From: Hadesarchaea archaeon
Lineage (GTDB): Archaea > Hadarchaeota > Hadarchaeia > Hadarchaeales > Hadarchaeaceae
Length of the DNA stretch: 64,000 nucleotides
Assembly (NCBI GenBank): GCA_030601675.1
Contig: JAUWBN010000001.1
Coordinates: 11,027-75,026, forward strand
Direction: 5' to 3'
The notes beneath the pieces are model-generated. The model saw only the letters and a list, made by a program, of their open reading frames with translations. It ran no database searches and was not told the DNA's origin. Both the position numbers and the translations under genes were made by a program. Numbering within the stretch: the stretch's first letter is position 1; each line of letters begins with the position of its first letter. This document shows, one piece after another, positions 55,804 to 64,000 of the stretch.

Positions 55804-56609
55804 GATGTATTGGAAGCCGACAATTTTTTGAGGAGTAGGCGCACCATCGCCTCGTAGCCCGAGTGCTCACGACCCCTTAGGTACTTGATGAATTTCGAAA
55901 CTGCGCGCGCGTCGGGCCTGAGCGCGACTGAGGGATATCGGACGCTCACCAAGATCAGCCCCTCCGCCGGCGCTGGCCGCATCGCTTGCTTTGCCTGCCC
56001 CTCAAGCATCCGTTCGAACTCGTCCAAGCTGAGCTTGCCCGTCCCCACGGCGAGCAGCGCCCCCACCATCCGCCGCACCTGTTGCCAGAGGAAGGCCCGG
56101 GCGATGAAATCGAAGCTGAGGATTTTCTGCCCGCGAACGTTCGCCTGTTCGAGCTCCCCGATGGTCGACCGCCCCCACTCGTGCTTGCAGAGGTGCTTGA
56201 AATCGTGGACGCCCTCGAGCAACCTCGCGGCTTGGCGGGCGAGGAGCAGGTCGAAGCCTGGGGGCGCCTCGCAAATGTAGCGATAGTGTTTGCTTTGCGC
56301 TTGGGTGCGGGGGTTGAAATCAGGTTTAACCTCGGCGGCTGTTAGCACCGCGATGTTTCGGGGCAGGGCGGCGTTCAGCTCCCGCACGTTCGGCTCCCTG
56401 CGCACGTCCAATGCCACCACCTGACCAATAGCGCTCACGCCTCGGTCGGTACGCGCGGCCACCCGATATCGAGCCTCCTTTAACTTGCGATATAGCCCAC
56501 ACCGCTCGAAAGCCCTCAACAATTCAGCCTCGATGGTCGGTCGATTGGGTTGTCGGACGAAGCCGAAGTAACGCGAGCCATCATACGCTACGAGAAACGC
56601 GTACCTCAC
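55800..56609 (-). CDS. truA: tRNA pseudouridine(38-40) synthase
   Basis: VAYDGSRYFGF.RQP, ARTDRGVSA, FLWQQVRRMV and PAPAEGL. Start trimmed to a GTG near the moaA end. Confidence 0.92.
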   Translation of the reverse strand: MRYAFLVAYDGSRYFGFVRQPNRPTIEAELLRAFERCGLYRKLKEARYRVAARTDRGVSAIGQVVALDVRREPNVRELNAALPRNIAVLTAAEVKPDFNPRTQAQSKHYRYICEAPPGFDLLLARQAARLLEGVHDFKHLCKHEWGRSTIGELEQANVRGQKILSFDFIARAFLWQQVRRMVGALLAVGTGKLSLDEFERMLEGQAKQAMRPAPAEGLILVSVRYPSVALRPDARAVSKFIKYLRGREHSGYEAMVRLLLKKLSASNTS

Positions 56610-57516
56610 GGAGCGCACCTTTGAAATATGGCTCCCGCCGCGCGATGGCTTCGGCGAACGCCTTGCGGGCCCCCTCGAGGTCACCCGTACTGATGTGGGT
56701 GAGTAAGTCAACGAGGTTGTCGTTGCGCATCAGACATGGCTTGAGGTGGCCATCGGGGATCAGGCGCAGGCGGGTGCAGTGAGCGCAGAACTCCGAGTTG
56801 TGCATCGGCTTGACGACCTCAACCTCACCGCCCGGCAAGATGTATTTTCTGCGCGCCTGCATCGAGCGGCGGGTCCGAACCGCTACCGCCCGCTCCCGAA
56901 GGCTTTGCTCTACGTCGTCTAGGTCGCAGTGATAAATGGTAAAATTTTTTCCACCCACCTCGAGCAATTCGATGAGTTGCAAGATGATGCCACGCTTTGA
57001 TGCATAAGCGATCATTCGTTCGACCTCATGTTTGTTTATCCCTGCCAGCAGGACCATATTGAGCTTCACCGGCGCCAAGCCAGCGGCGAGGGCGGCATCG
57101 ATGCCCTCGAATACCTCATGTAGCAACTTCCTCCCTGTTATCCGTTTGTAAGTTGTCTCGTCAAGAGTGTCCAAGCTGATGTTAATGCGGTTGAGCCCAG
57201 CATCAGCGAGTTCAGCAGCAATTTTCGCAAGCAAGGTGCCGTTTGTAGTCATCGAAACTTCATCCATGCCAGCTGCTGTCACAGCTGTGACAATTTCTAT
57301 GATGTCCTTGCGCAGAAGTGGTTCGCCGCCCGTTAGCTTGACTTTGCGCATTCCAAACTCTTTTGCCAGCTGCACAATTTTCCCTATCTCCCCAGCGCTC
57401 ATTTGCCTTGAACCAGCGCTACAACCCTCGCGGTGGCAGTAAAAGCAGTTCAAGTTACACTCCTCGGTAACCGAAATCCTCAGACCAGTAACCGGCCTGC
57501 CGAATTTATCCCGCAC
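56581..57516 (-). CDS. moaA: GTP 3',8-cyclase MoaA
   Basis: DKFGRP, CNLNCFYCH, LTGGEP, FCAHCTRLR and LKPCL. Confidence 0.95.
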   Translation of the reverse strand: MRDKFGRPVTGLRISVTEECNLNCFYCHREGCSAGSRQMSAGEIGKIVQLAKEFGMRKVKLTGGEPLLRKDIIEIVTAVTAAGMDEVSMTTNGTLLAKIAAELADAGLNRINISLDTLDETTYKRITGRKLLHEVFEGIDAALAAGLAPVKLNMVLLAGINKHEVERMIAYASKRGIILQLIELLEVGGKNFTIYHCDLDDVEQSLRERAVAVRTRRSMQARRKYILPGGEVEVVKPMHNSEFCAHCTRLRLIPDGHLKPCLMRNDNLVDLLTHISTGDLEGARKAFAEAIARREPYFKGALREVRVSRSV

Positions 57517-58240
57517 GCTTTACCACCTTCAGCTCGATGCGCTCCCCCTTCGCACCCTTCAGCGAGGAGAGCATCCCAACGATTGCCCCAGCCATCATAT
57601 TCTGCATGAATGGATTCAGAAAGACTCGCCTCCCATCGACCGTTAAAGTGACTCGCTCCCGCAGGGTCGGGCAGCCATCCCCGCGCCTTTTGCCAGCGAG
57701 GACCGCGAGCGCGAACTCCCGGCAGCTCTTATATCCACAGTGCTCGCAATCGATCTCCGGCAGCACGGGCGGCACCCTTCGCTCAACCAAGTTGGTCAAC
57801 CCCTTCATCTGCTTGAGCTCGAACGCGGGCAGGCCAGCCTTTTTTGCCCCCACCGAAGCGATCGTGAATTCATCCGCCAGTTTACGCAGGTCCGCCCCGC
57901 TCCTCGCGGCCACAATTTTCGCCAAGTCCCCCGTCCCCTTGAACCCCTCGATGATTACGAAATCTGACCTCTCGAGTCCGTGGAGTACCTCCCCGAGCTT
58001 CGCCGCCCGCCGCTCGATGGTCGCCAGCTCCCGCGGCGCCAGGGACACCACGACTCTCGCACCGGCCCTCGCATGCCGCCACGTGTCCTTGTCCGGACGA
58101 TCGATGCTGAATCCTCGCTCCACCACGTGCTTGACCGTCGCAACGCGGTGACCGCGCTTTGAGAGCTCCCGCACAAGTCCTTCCACGATTTTGGTCTTCC
58201 CGGTCCCCCTGTATCCAACAACTGCCACCACCCTAACCAA
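57506..58240 (-). CDS. mobB: MobB with C-terminal Fe-S domain
   Basis: GYRGTGKT, VATVKH, KDTWRH and IEGFK, followed by DCEHCGYKSC...C. TTG start after GGAGGTG. Confidence 0.88.
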   Translation of the reverse strand: MVRVVAVVGYRGTGKTKIVEGLVRELSKRGHRVATVKHVVERGFSIDRPDKDTWRHARAGARVVVSLAPRELATIERRAAKLGEVLHGLERSDFVIIEGFKGTGDLAKIVAARSGADLRKLADEFTIASVGAKKAGLPAFELKQMKGLTNLVERRVPPVLPEIDCEHCGYKSCREFALAVLAGKRRGDGCPTLRERVTLTVDGRRVFLNPFMQNMMAGAIVGMLSSLKGAKGERIELKVVKRAG

Positions 58241-59477
58241 CCGCGCCACCTCCAAATAGGATAACTTCGACGGCCTCGCCCTCCCCGACGATTTCCCGCT
58301 CGAGCGGCACGTCCACGTACCCATCCGCGAACGAGAGCGCAGTTATCGCCCCCGAGCCCTTGAGGAGGGGTTCGGCGTGAACTTCCCGCCCCCTTCGAAC
58401 GAGCTTCACGGGCACGAGCTCCCGTCGCCCCCGCGCCGAGAGGATTTTTGACGCCAGCCTCGCTCGAACCCTCGCTCGCTCCGCTGGAGGCAGGCCGCTC
58501 AGATGCCGCAGGTAGGGCGCGACCAACTGATCGAAGACCATTAGCGCGGAAACCGGGTACCCTGGGAGGCCGAACACGGGTTTGCCCCGCACGAGGGCCA
58601 CGAACGTGGGCTTGCCGGGCCTGAGCGCCAGCCCGTGGACCAAAACTCCGGGGTTGCCGAGCCCATCGACGACGCTCGGCGCAACATCGCCGGCCCCAGC
58701 CGAGGACCCCCCCGAGAGCACGACTACATCGCAGGTGGCCAGCCCCCGCTTGAGAAGGGTTGCCAGGCTGCGGGGCTCATCCCTAGCGATGCCGAGGTAG
58801 CTGGCCTCGCCCCCGCAGAGCTCGACGGCTCGACAGATCGCCGGGCCGTTGACATCGTAGATCTTTCCTCGCTTGAGCGGGGAACCGGCGCCGACCAGCT
58901 CGATGCCGCTCGATACCACCGCGACTTTTGGGGGCGAGTACACTTTGACGTGCTTTCTTCCTATCGCTGCGATCGTCCCGAGCACTTGAGGGGTTATCAT
59001 TTTTCCTGCGTTCAAAACCTTCGTTCCACGTTTGACCTCCGAACCTCGCTCGGCGATGTTCTCCCCGGGGGCAACCGCACGGAAAACCCGAACGACCTTT
59101 GCCCTCGCCGTCGAGTATTCGAGCATTACCACGGCGTTCGCACCTCTCGGCACCGGTGCCCCAGTATCGATCTCGACACACTGCCCCCTGCTGATCTTAA
59201 ACTTCGGCCACTCGCCAGCGCGCACGCTACCCACCCGGGTGAGTTCAACGAGCGATTCCTCCCCTGCGCCAAATGTGTCCGCAGCGCGAACCGCATAGCC
59301 ATCAAACGCAGCGCGATCGAACGGCGGAACATCTATCCTAGAGAGGACATCCTCGGCCAGCACCCGCCCGGCGGCCTCTCCCAGCAGCACTTCAACCTCG
59401 CGGGGGCGGAGCCTCCAGCGTTTTTCAAGCGCTGCACGGGCCTCCTCGATCGTCACCACGCGTAGAAAGCTCGACAT
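58233..59477 (-). CDS. moeA: Molybdopterin molybdo/tungsto-transferase MoeA
   Basis: VPPFDRAAFDGYAV, TGAPVP, SGGSSAG, RPGKPT and GLPGYPVS. Confidence 0.95.
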   Translation of the reverse strand: MSSFLRVVTIEEARAALEKRWRLRPREVEVLLGEAAGRVLAEDVLSRIDVPPFDRAAFDGYAVRAADTFGAGEESLVELTRVGSVRAGEWPKFKISRGQCVEIDTGAPVPRGANAVVMLEYSTARAKVVRVFRAVAPGENIAERGSEVKRGTKVLNAGKMITPQVLGTIAAIGRKHVKVYSPPKVAVVSSGIELVGAGSPLKRGKIYDVNGPAICRAVELCGGEASYLGIARDEPRSLATLLKRGLATCDVVVLSGGSSAGAGDVAPSVVDGLGNPGVLVHGLALRPGKPTFVALVRGKPVFGLPGYPVSALMVFDQLVAPYLRHLSGLPPAERARVRARLASKILSARGRRELVPVKLVRRGREVHAEPLLKGSGAITALSFADGYVDVPLEREIVGEGEAVEVILFGGGAVG

Positions 59478-59672
59478 TCTAATCCTGATAGCCAATTAAG
59501 CGCTGAGCTTAAAGTTTACCGCTAAATTAAACGTGGATAGTTAACCTCCAAAGAAAAGGTTGGGGGTCACTACTAACTATGAAAAACTACAACCACGCGC
59601 GAGGAGGAAAAAATTTTGCGCGGCACCAAAGGTTTGTGAAGCAATCTTTTTTGTCCAAGCCCAGATAGCTCA

Positions 59673-59686
59673 CAAAGGTTTAAATA
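59673..59686 (+). promoter_or_regulatory. BRE/TATA box about 25 nt upstream of the structured RNA
   Basis: CAAAGG-TTTAAATA, nearly identical to the histone promoter box. Confidence 0.65.
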
Positions 59687-59709
59687 GGGAATTTCAAAAA
59701 AAGGCTAAA

Positions 59710-59918
59710 TGCGGGGAAGAAGCCAGCAAAGAAGGCTGAACCTTCGCCCAAGGGCGCGGGGGAACCGCGGAGAAACCTAGCGCGGCTAGGGAAGGCTGCG
59801 GATAAAGTGCGCGGTGGTGCGCGTCGAAGCCGAGGTGCTGGAAAGAGATCTCGCGGCGAAAAGCGCGGGTAGGGATGACCGAACCGCCGCGGAGTAGGTG
59901 CGTGATCGAATCCCCGCA
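59710..59918 (+). ncRNA. Unassigned ~208-nt structured RNA
   Basis: TGCGGGGA (59710-17) pairs with TCCCCGCA (59911-18). Several internal GC hairpins with purine-rich linkers, TATA box upstream and TTTTTCTT immediately downstream. Confidence 0.65.
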
Positions 59919-60040
59919 CTTTTTCTTCAAGATTTTCCAATATTTTACGAAGCTTCAAGGAATACTTTTAATCACGCTAGACGGAAACGCCAAAGGGAGG
60001 CTGTGGGCGAAGAAAGACCAGAGATTAAGAAGGTCAAAAG

Positions 60041-60925
60041 ATGAGTTTGAAGTCTAAAATTTCTATTTCCATTTTAATGTGTTTGTTACTGACTTTCTCC
60101 ATCTACTCCACGCAGGTTCCCAGCGTGCATGCATGGGCTTGGGATACCCATCGATTCGTTGATAATAGGGCAATCGAGCTTATGCCTGATAATTTGGATT
60201 GGTTTTTCTCAACGTATTCGAGCGTCATTATTGAATACTCTATTAAACCCGACCAGTGGAAAAACCTCGACACTTATGAGCAAAACTGCAGGCATTGGTA
60301 TCACGTCGATGAGCCCGAGGGTGAGAACGAATATTATCGAGGCGGTCTTCCTAATAACTGGAATACATTAGGGGAAGGCGTGCTACCCTGGGTCGTGGAG
60401 GATAATTTTGCTATGCTCGTTCAGAGTTTGAGAGATGAGGACTGGAACCACGCGGCACAGCTGATGGGCGTCATAAGCCATTACACCACTGACGCCACCA
60501 TGCCCCTTCACGCGACCTCCGATTACTGGCTCGACGGCATGCACACAACATACGAGCGCAAAGTGGACAGTCGCCTAGGCGAGATATCGATCCCGGATTA
60601 CGTGCCCCAAGAGCTCGACAACATTTTCGAGGCGACGATGGCGGTGCTCGAGGAAAGCTACGGGTTCACAGGTCACACTGAGAACGATCTGAGCTACTGG
60701 TTGAGGCAGTACACCAGTTGGAACCCCGCCATACGAAATATCACGGAGAACAGATTAGGCTCGGCCGTCCAGTTCACGGCAAACCTTTGGTACACCGCGA
60801 TAATTCAAGCAGATTTGGAAACTTCTCCCCCCACCTCCGAGGGGCTACCTATCGTTGTTATCATGGCGATCGTAACGATTGCAATAGTCGGTGCTGTGTC
60901 GGTGCTCTACATCAAAAGACGTTAA
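60041..60925 (+). CDS. Secreted, membrane-anchored zinc-dependent phospholipase C / S1-P1 nuclease family protein
   Basis: Signal peptide ending VHA then W...TH, PD, HWYHVD, HYTTDATMPLH, H..YE and a C-terminal TM with KRR. Confidence 0.82.
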   Translation: MSLKSKISISILMCLLLTFSIYSTQVPSVHAWAWDTHRFVDNRAIELMPDNLDWFFSTYSSVIIEYSIKPDQWKNLDTYEQNCRHWYHVDEPEGENEYYRGGLPNNWNTLGEGVLPWVVEDNFAMLVQSLRDEDWNHAAQLMGVISHYTTDATMPLHATSDYWLDGMHTTYERKVDSRLGEISIPDYVPQELDNIFEATMAVLEESYGFTGHTENDLSYWLRQYTSWNPAIRNITENRLGSAVQFTANLWYTAIIQADLETSPPTSEGLPIVVIMAIVTIAIVGAVSVLYIKRR

Positions 60926-60962
60926 GTCACAGGTGCAGGTGGGATTGTTCCCAACCTAATCT

Positions 60963-62870
60963 TCACGGTAACTTCCCTGCTTTGGCGAGTTGCTTCGCCA
61001 CATCTTTGAGCCCGAGCGTCTTTAAGCGTGAGCGGGGAATCCAACCGGTTTTGCGATCCCAGCCCCGAAGTTTGTAGTACTGCCGAAGCATGTAGTCGAG
61101 CTCGACCACGTGCCCCTCGCAGGGACCCGCGGGGGCCGGTTCCTTGATTAAGCGCTCGGGCAGGCGATCATCCTCGGCGGTGACCCCCTCTCGGATGTCG
61201 AATGCCCGCTCGAGGGTGAAGATGCGCTCACCGATTGTGCGAAGCTCTCGTTCGGTATAGCGGATGCCGGTCGCTGCCGTCAACGCCGCGGCGAAATCGG
61301 CGAAGTAAAACGCGGGGGGCCAGACCGCACCGAACTTGCAGGCCACCAGCGAGTCGACCACCGCGCAGAAGTTCTCCCCATCTCGCACCATAAGCGCCTT
61401 GTGTTTGGGATTGAGCCTATCGGCGGCCTCCGGCATCACCCGGCGGCCAAATCGTTTTTCAATCTCCTCGACGAAGCCGACCTCGCTCAGCACCTCGAAG
61501 GAAGTCAGGTGGTCCGCCCCGCGGTTCGCCGTGGCGTGCGAGAGCCCCATAGATTTCTGCGCCCGCCCGTCCTGCGCTGGCTCGTCCATCCCCTTCACGA
61601 CCATCGTGAACCTTTCTGCCTCCTTGCCGAATCCCTTCGCGAACCTAGCTGTCCCCTCGGCGAGCTTTGCGCCGAAGCCCTCTCGTCTGGCGATTTTCCC
61701 GATACATTCGATGATCGCGTCGGCATTCCCCCAGCGCAGCTCGATGCCATCGGTCTCGCGCTTCGTCAGCAGGCCGCGCTCGTAGCACTCCATCGCGAAG
61801 GCAATCACGCCGCCGCACGATATCGTGTCGAGGCCGTAGAGGTTGCAGAGCCTGTTCGCGTAGAGGATCCCTTCGAGGTCGGCGTTCCCGCAGCGCCCGC
61901 CTAAGCTCGACAGCGTCTCGTACTCGATTTTCCCCTCCGAGGGTCGCTCACCGCCAGGCACCCGCACAAAATTCTCGCAGCGCAGCGGGCAGGAGAAGCA
62001 CGCGCGGTCCTTTACCTTGAACTCGCGAACTATCCGCTCGCCGCCGATCTGCGCCGCGTGCTCGAAGACCCCGCTCTGGAAGTTGCGAGTGGGAAAGCGC
62101 CCAATCTCGGTCATTAGTTCAACAAGAATTGTCGTGCCATACTTGGTTGTCGATACCGAAAACTTGTGCTGAAGCAGCTTCTTGTACCCAGCGCTCGCGA
62201 GGCGCTCCAGTTGCTCGAGATCAGCAACCTCTACATCTAGACTGCCTCGCACGGCAACTGCCTTCAGCCGCTTCGAACCCATCACTGCGCCTAACCCAGT
62301 GCGTGCAGCGGCGCGGTAGTTTGTCATGATGCACGAAAAGCGGACGAGGTTCTCGCCAGCTTGGCCGATGGAGGCGACCTGAGCATCTCCTCCGTGCTTT
62401 TCCTTCAGCACGGCCTCGGTTTCCAGAGCCGAGCGACCCCAGAGCTGCTTGGCATCCCTGAGCTCGGCCTTGCCATCCTCGACGAAAAGGTAAACAGGTT
62501 TGGGTGAACGGCCCCGGACGATTATCGCGTCGAACCCAGCGTGCTTGAGCTCGGCCCCCCAGTGGCCACCCGAGTTGGCCTCGCCGTAGAGTCCGGTCAG
62601 CGGGGACTTCGCGGCAACTTCGTATCGACCGGTTTGGGGCCAGATCGTGCCCGAAAGGGGGCCCACCGCAAACACGAGCACATTCGCCGGGCCGATGGGA
62701 TCCGTCTTAGGCTTGATGAGGTCGAACAACAACCTGGCGCAAAAACCATTGCCCCCAATGTAACTTCTCGCAAGCTCCTCCTGCAACTTCTGTGCGATTG
62801 CCTTCCCGCGGGTTAAATCAACTTGAAGCAAGCGCCCAGCGTAGCCGCCCAAGGGGAACTTCCCAACCAA
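60963..62870 (-). CDS. aor: Aldehyde:ferredoxin oxidoreductase family (tungstopterin)
   Basis: KSPLTG, GGHWG.ELKHAG.D, GAVMGSKRLKA, CFSCPLRC, EYET, GLDTIS and RGADH. Confidence 0.93.
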   Translation of the reverse strand: MVGKFPLGGYAGRLLQVDLTRGKAIAQKLQEELARSYIGGNGFCARLLFDLIKPKTDPIGPANVLVFAVGPLSGTIWPQTGRYEVAAKSPLTGLYGEANSGGHWGAELKHAGFDAIIVRGRSPKPVYLFVEDGKAELRDAKQLWGRSALETEAVLKEKHGGDAQVASIGQAGENLVRFSCIMTNYRAAARTGLGAVMGSKRLKAVAVRGSLDVEVADLEQLERLASAGYKKLLQHKFSVSTTKYGTTILVELMTEIGRFPTRNFQSGVFEHAAQIGGERIVREFKVKDRACFSCPLRCENFVRVPGGERPSEGKIEYETLSSLGGRCGNADLEGILYANRLCNLYGLDTISCGGVIAFAMECYERGLLTKRETDGIELRWGNADAIIECIGKIARREGFGAKLAEGTARFAKGFGKEAERFTMVVKGMDEPAQDGRAQKSMGLSHATANRGADHLTSFEVLSEVGFVEEIEKRFGRRVMPEAADRLNPKHKALMVRDGENFCAVVDSLVACKFGAVWPPAFYFADFAAALTAATGIRYTERELRTIGERIFTLERAFDIREGVTAEDDRLPERLIKEPAPAGPCEGHVVELDYMLRQYYKLRGWDRKTGWIPRSRLKTLGLKDVAKQLAKAGKLP

Positions 62871-62920
62871 GATACCACCTCAAAAAATAGGTGTTGAGAA
62901 ATTAAAAAGGTTCTGAACTG

Positions 62921-64000
62921 TCAAAGCGCCGGCAAAAGTGTCTTTATCTCCCAATCGCTGACTTGGGCCCTGTAGCTGTCCCACTCCTGCCCCTTGATGT
63001 AGAGGAAGTGGCTGAAGATATGCTCCCCCAGCGCCTCTCGCACCAGGCTGCTTTGCCGCATGCAATCGAGCGCCTCCCCCAAATTCTCAGGGAGCGACCC
63101 TATGCCCAAGGCCTCTCGCTCCTCGAGGCTCATGTGGAAGATATCTTTTTCGACGGGGTCGGAAGGGTCTATTTTGTCCTCGATGCCCTTGAACCCGGCC
63201 GCGAGCATTACCACGAACTGCAGGTAAGGGTTACCAACGGGATCGGGGTTGCGGAGTTCGATGCGCGTGCTTGCGCCCCTTCCGGCTGGCACCCGGATGA
63301 AGGCGCTGCGGTTGCGGTTGGCCCATGAGGTGTAAACGGGCGCCTCGTATCCCGGCACCAGGCGCTTGTACGAGTTGACCGATGAAGCTAGAATCGCGCA
63401 CGTTTCGCGCGCGTGTTTAATCAGCCCCCCGATGAAGTAGAGGGCGTTCTTGCTCAGCTTGTACGAACCCTTTGGGTCGTAGAATGCGCTCTTTCCCTCT
63501 GGGGTCATCAGCGATTGGTGAACGTGCATCCCAGAGCCGTTCTCACCGAAGAGGGGCTTTGGCATGAAGGTCGCGTAGAGGCCGTGTTTATAACCGATGG
63601 TCTTGGTGACGTACTTCAACATGGCGACGCGGTCGGCCGACGCGATTGCATCAGTATACTTCAGGTCGATCTCGTGCTGCCCTGGGGCTACCTCGTGGTG
63701 CGAGGCCTCGACGTCGAACCCCATCGCGTTCAAGTAGGTCATAATTTCCTTTCGAACGTTGTCCCCCCGGTCGCGCATGAGGTCGAAGTATCCCCCGGAG
63801 TCGGAGGGCTTGGTCGTGGGGTCCCCTCGCTCGTCTGGCATCAGGAAGAAAAACTCGTACTCGGGGGCGGTGTTGAAGATCCAGCCCTTCTTGCGGACTT
63901 TTTCCATAAGCCTCTCGAGCGACGCGCGCGGGTCACCATCGAATCGGTTGCCCTCGTGGTCGTAGACATCGCAAACCATCCGTGCAGTTTTTAGGTTATC
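62921..64000 (-). CDS. glnA: Glutamine synthetase type I (5' end outside window)
   Basis: EYEFF, HHEVAPGQHEI, FMPKP...NGSGMHVH, NSYKRLVPGYEAP, NRSAFIRVP and RIELRNPD. Confidence 0.96.
   Translation of the reverse strand, partial: DNLKTARMVCDVYDHEGNRFDGDPRASLERLMEKVRKKGWIFNTAPEYEFFFLMPDERGDPTTKPSDSGGYFDLMRDRGDNVRKEIMTYLNAMGFDVEASHHEVAPGQHEIDLKYTDAIASADRVAMLKYVTKTIGYKHGLYATFMPKPLFGENGSGMHVHQSLMTPEGKSAFYDPKGSYKLSKNALYFIGGLIKHARETCAILASSVNSYKRLVPGYEAPVYTSWANRNRSAFIRVPAGRGASTRIELRNPDPVGNPYLQFVVMLAAGFKGIEDKIDPSDPVEKDIFHMSLEEREALGIGSLPENLGEALDCMRQSSLVREALGEHIFSHFLYIKGQEWDSYRAQVSDWEIKTLLPAL

Noticed and set aside
56610..56711. N-terminal extensions given by the ORF track (truA; likewise mobB, mtaD, htpX, pckG, surface protein)
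   Set aside because: They overlap neighbouring genes or promoters and precede the family's normal N-terminus; downstream starts with SD motifs fit better.
59684..59872. Lys/Ala/Arg-rich open frame (…AGKKPAKKAEPSPKG…) resembling a histone H1-like peptide
   Set aside because: No ATG/GTG/TTG near its 5' end, and it begins within the TATA box. The composition is explained by purine-rich RNA linkers.
59710..59918. RNase P RNA, SRP RNA or Moco riboswitch
   Set aside because: No GAGGAAAGUCC or ACAGAA..GGCUUA conserved regions and no SRP helix-8 motif. It is on the opposite strand from moeA and has its own promoter and terminator.

Overview
A 64-kb stretch of a moderately GC-rich archaeal chromosome. 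It carries GatDE, aRF1, an archaeal histone, Hel308, Mre11/Rad50, RFC-L, Sec61beta, Tsr3, Elp3 and a tungsten-type AOR. The gene set would fit a Hadarchaeota-like euryarchaeal lineage, but that is inference only. Most of the window is housekeeping: three tRNAs (Cys, Ile, Ala), ValRS/MetRS/GlyRS, purA/purB/pyrH, pterin cofactor synthesis and glnA. I see no CRISPR array, transposase or integrase. The most notable unexplained signals are: (1) a ~208-nt highly structured stand-alone RNA gene at 59710-59918 with its own TATA box and oligo-T terminator, which I cannot assign to a known family; (2) a single-repeat 'half-TBP' protein next to the histone gene; (3) an AT-rich free-standing double-LAGLIDADG endonuclease that appears to have replaced the 3' end of glyS with a foreign copy; (4) a small ribbon-helix-helix gene surrounded by two repeat families and 3' hairpins; and (5) a metG gene with no canonical in-frame start codon (probable ACG start). 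Smaller points are a PIP-box-bearing MBL hydrolase, a minimal kinase-like protein, an ORB-like box in the mre11/rfcL promoter and bacterial-type sugar enzymes (GH161-like, NagB). All calls come from reading motifs by eye; no searches were run.
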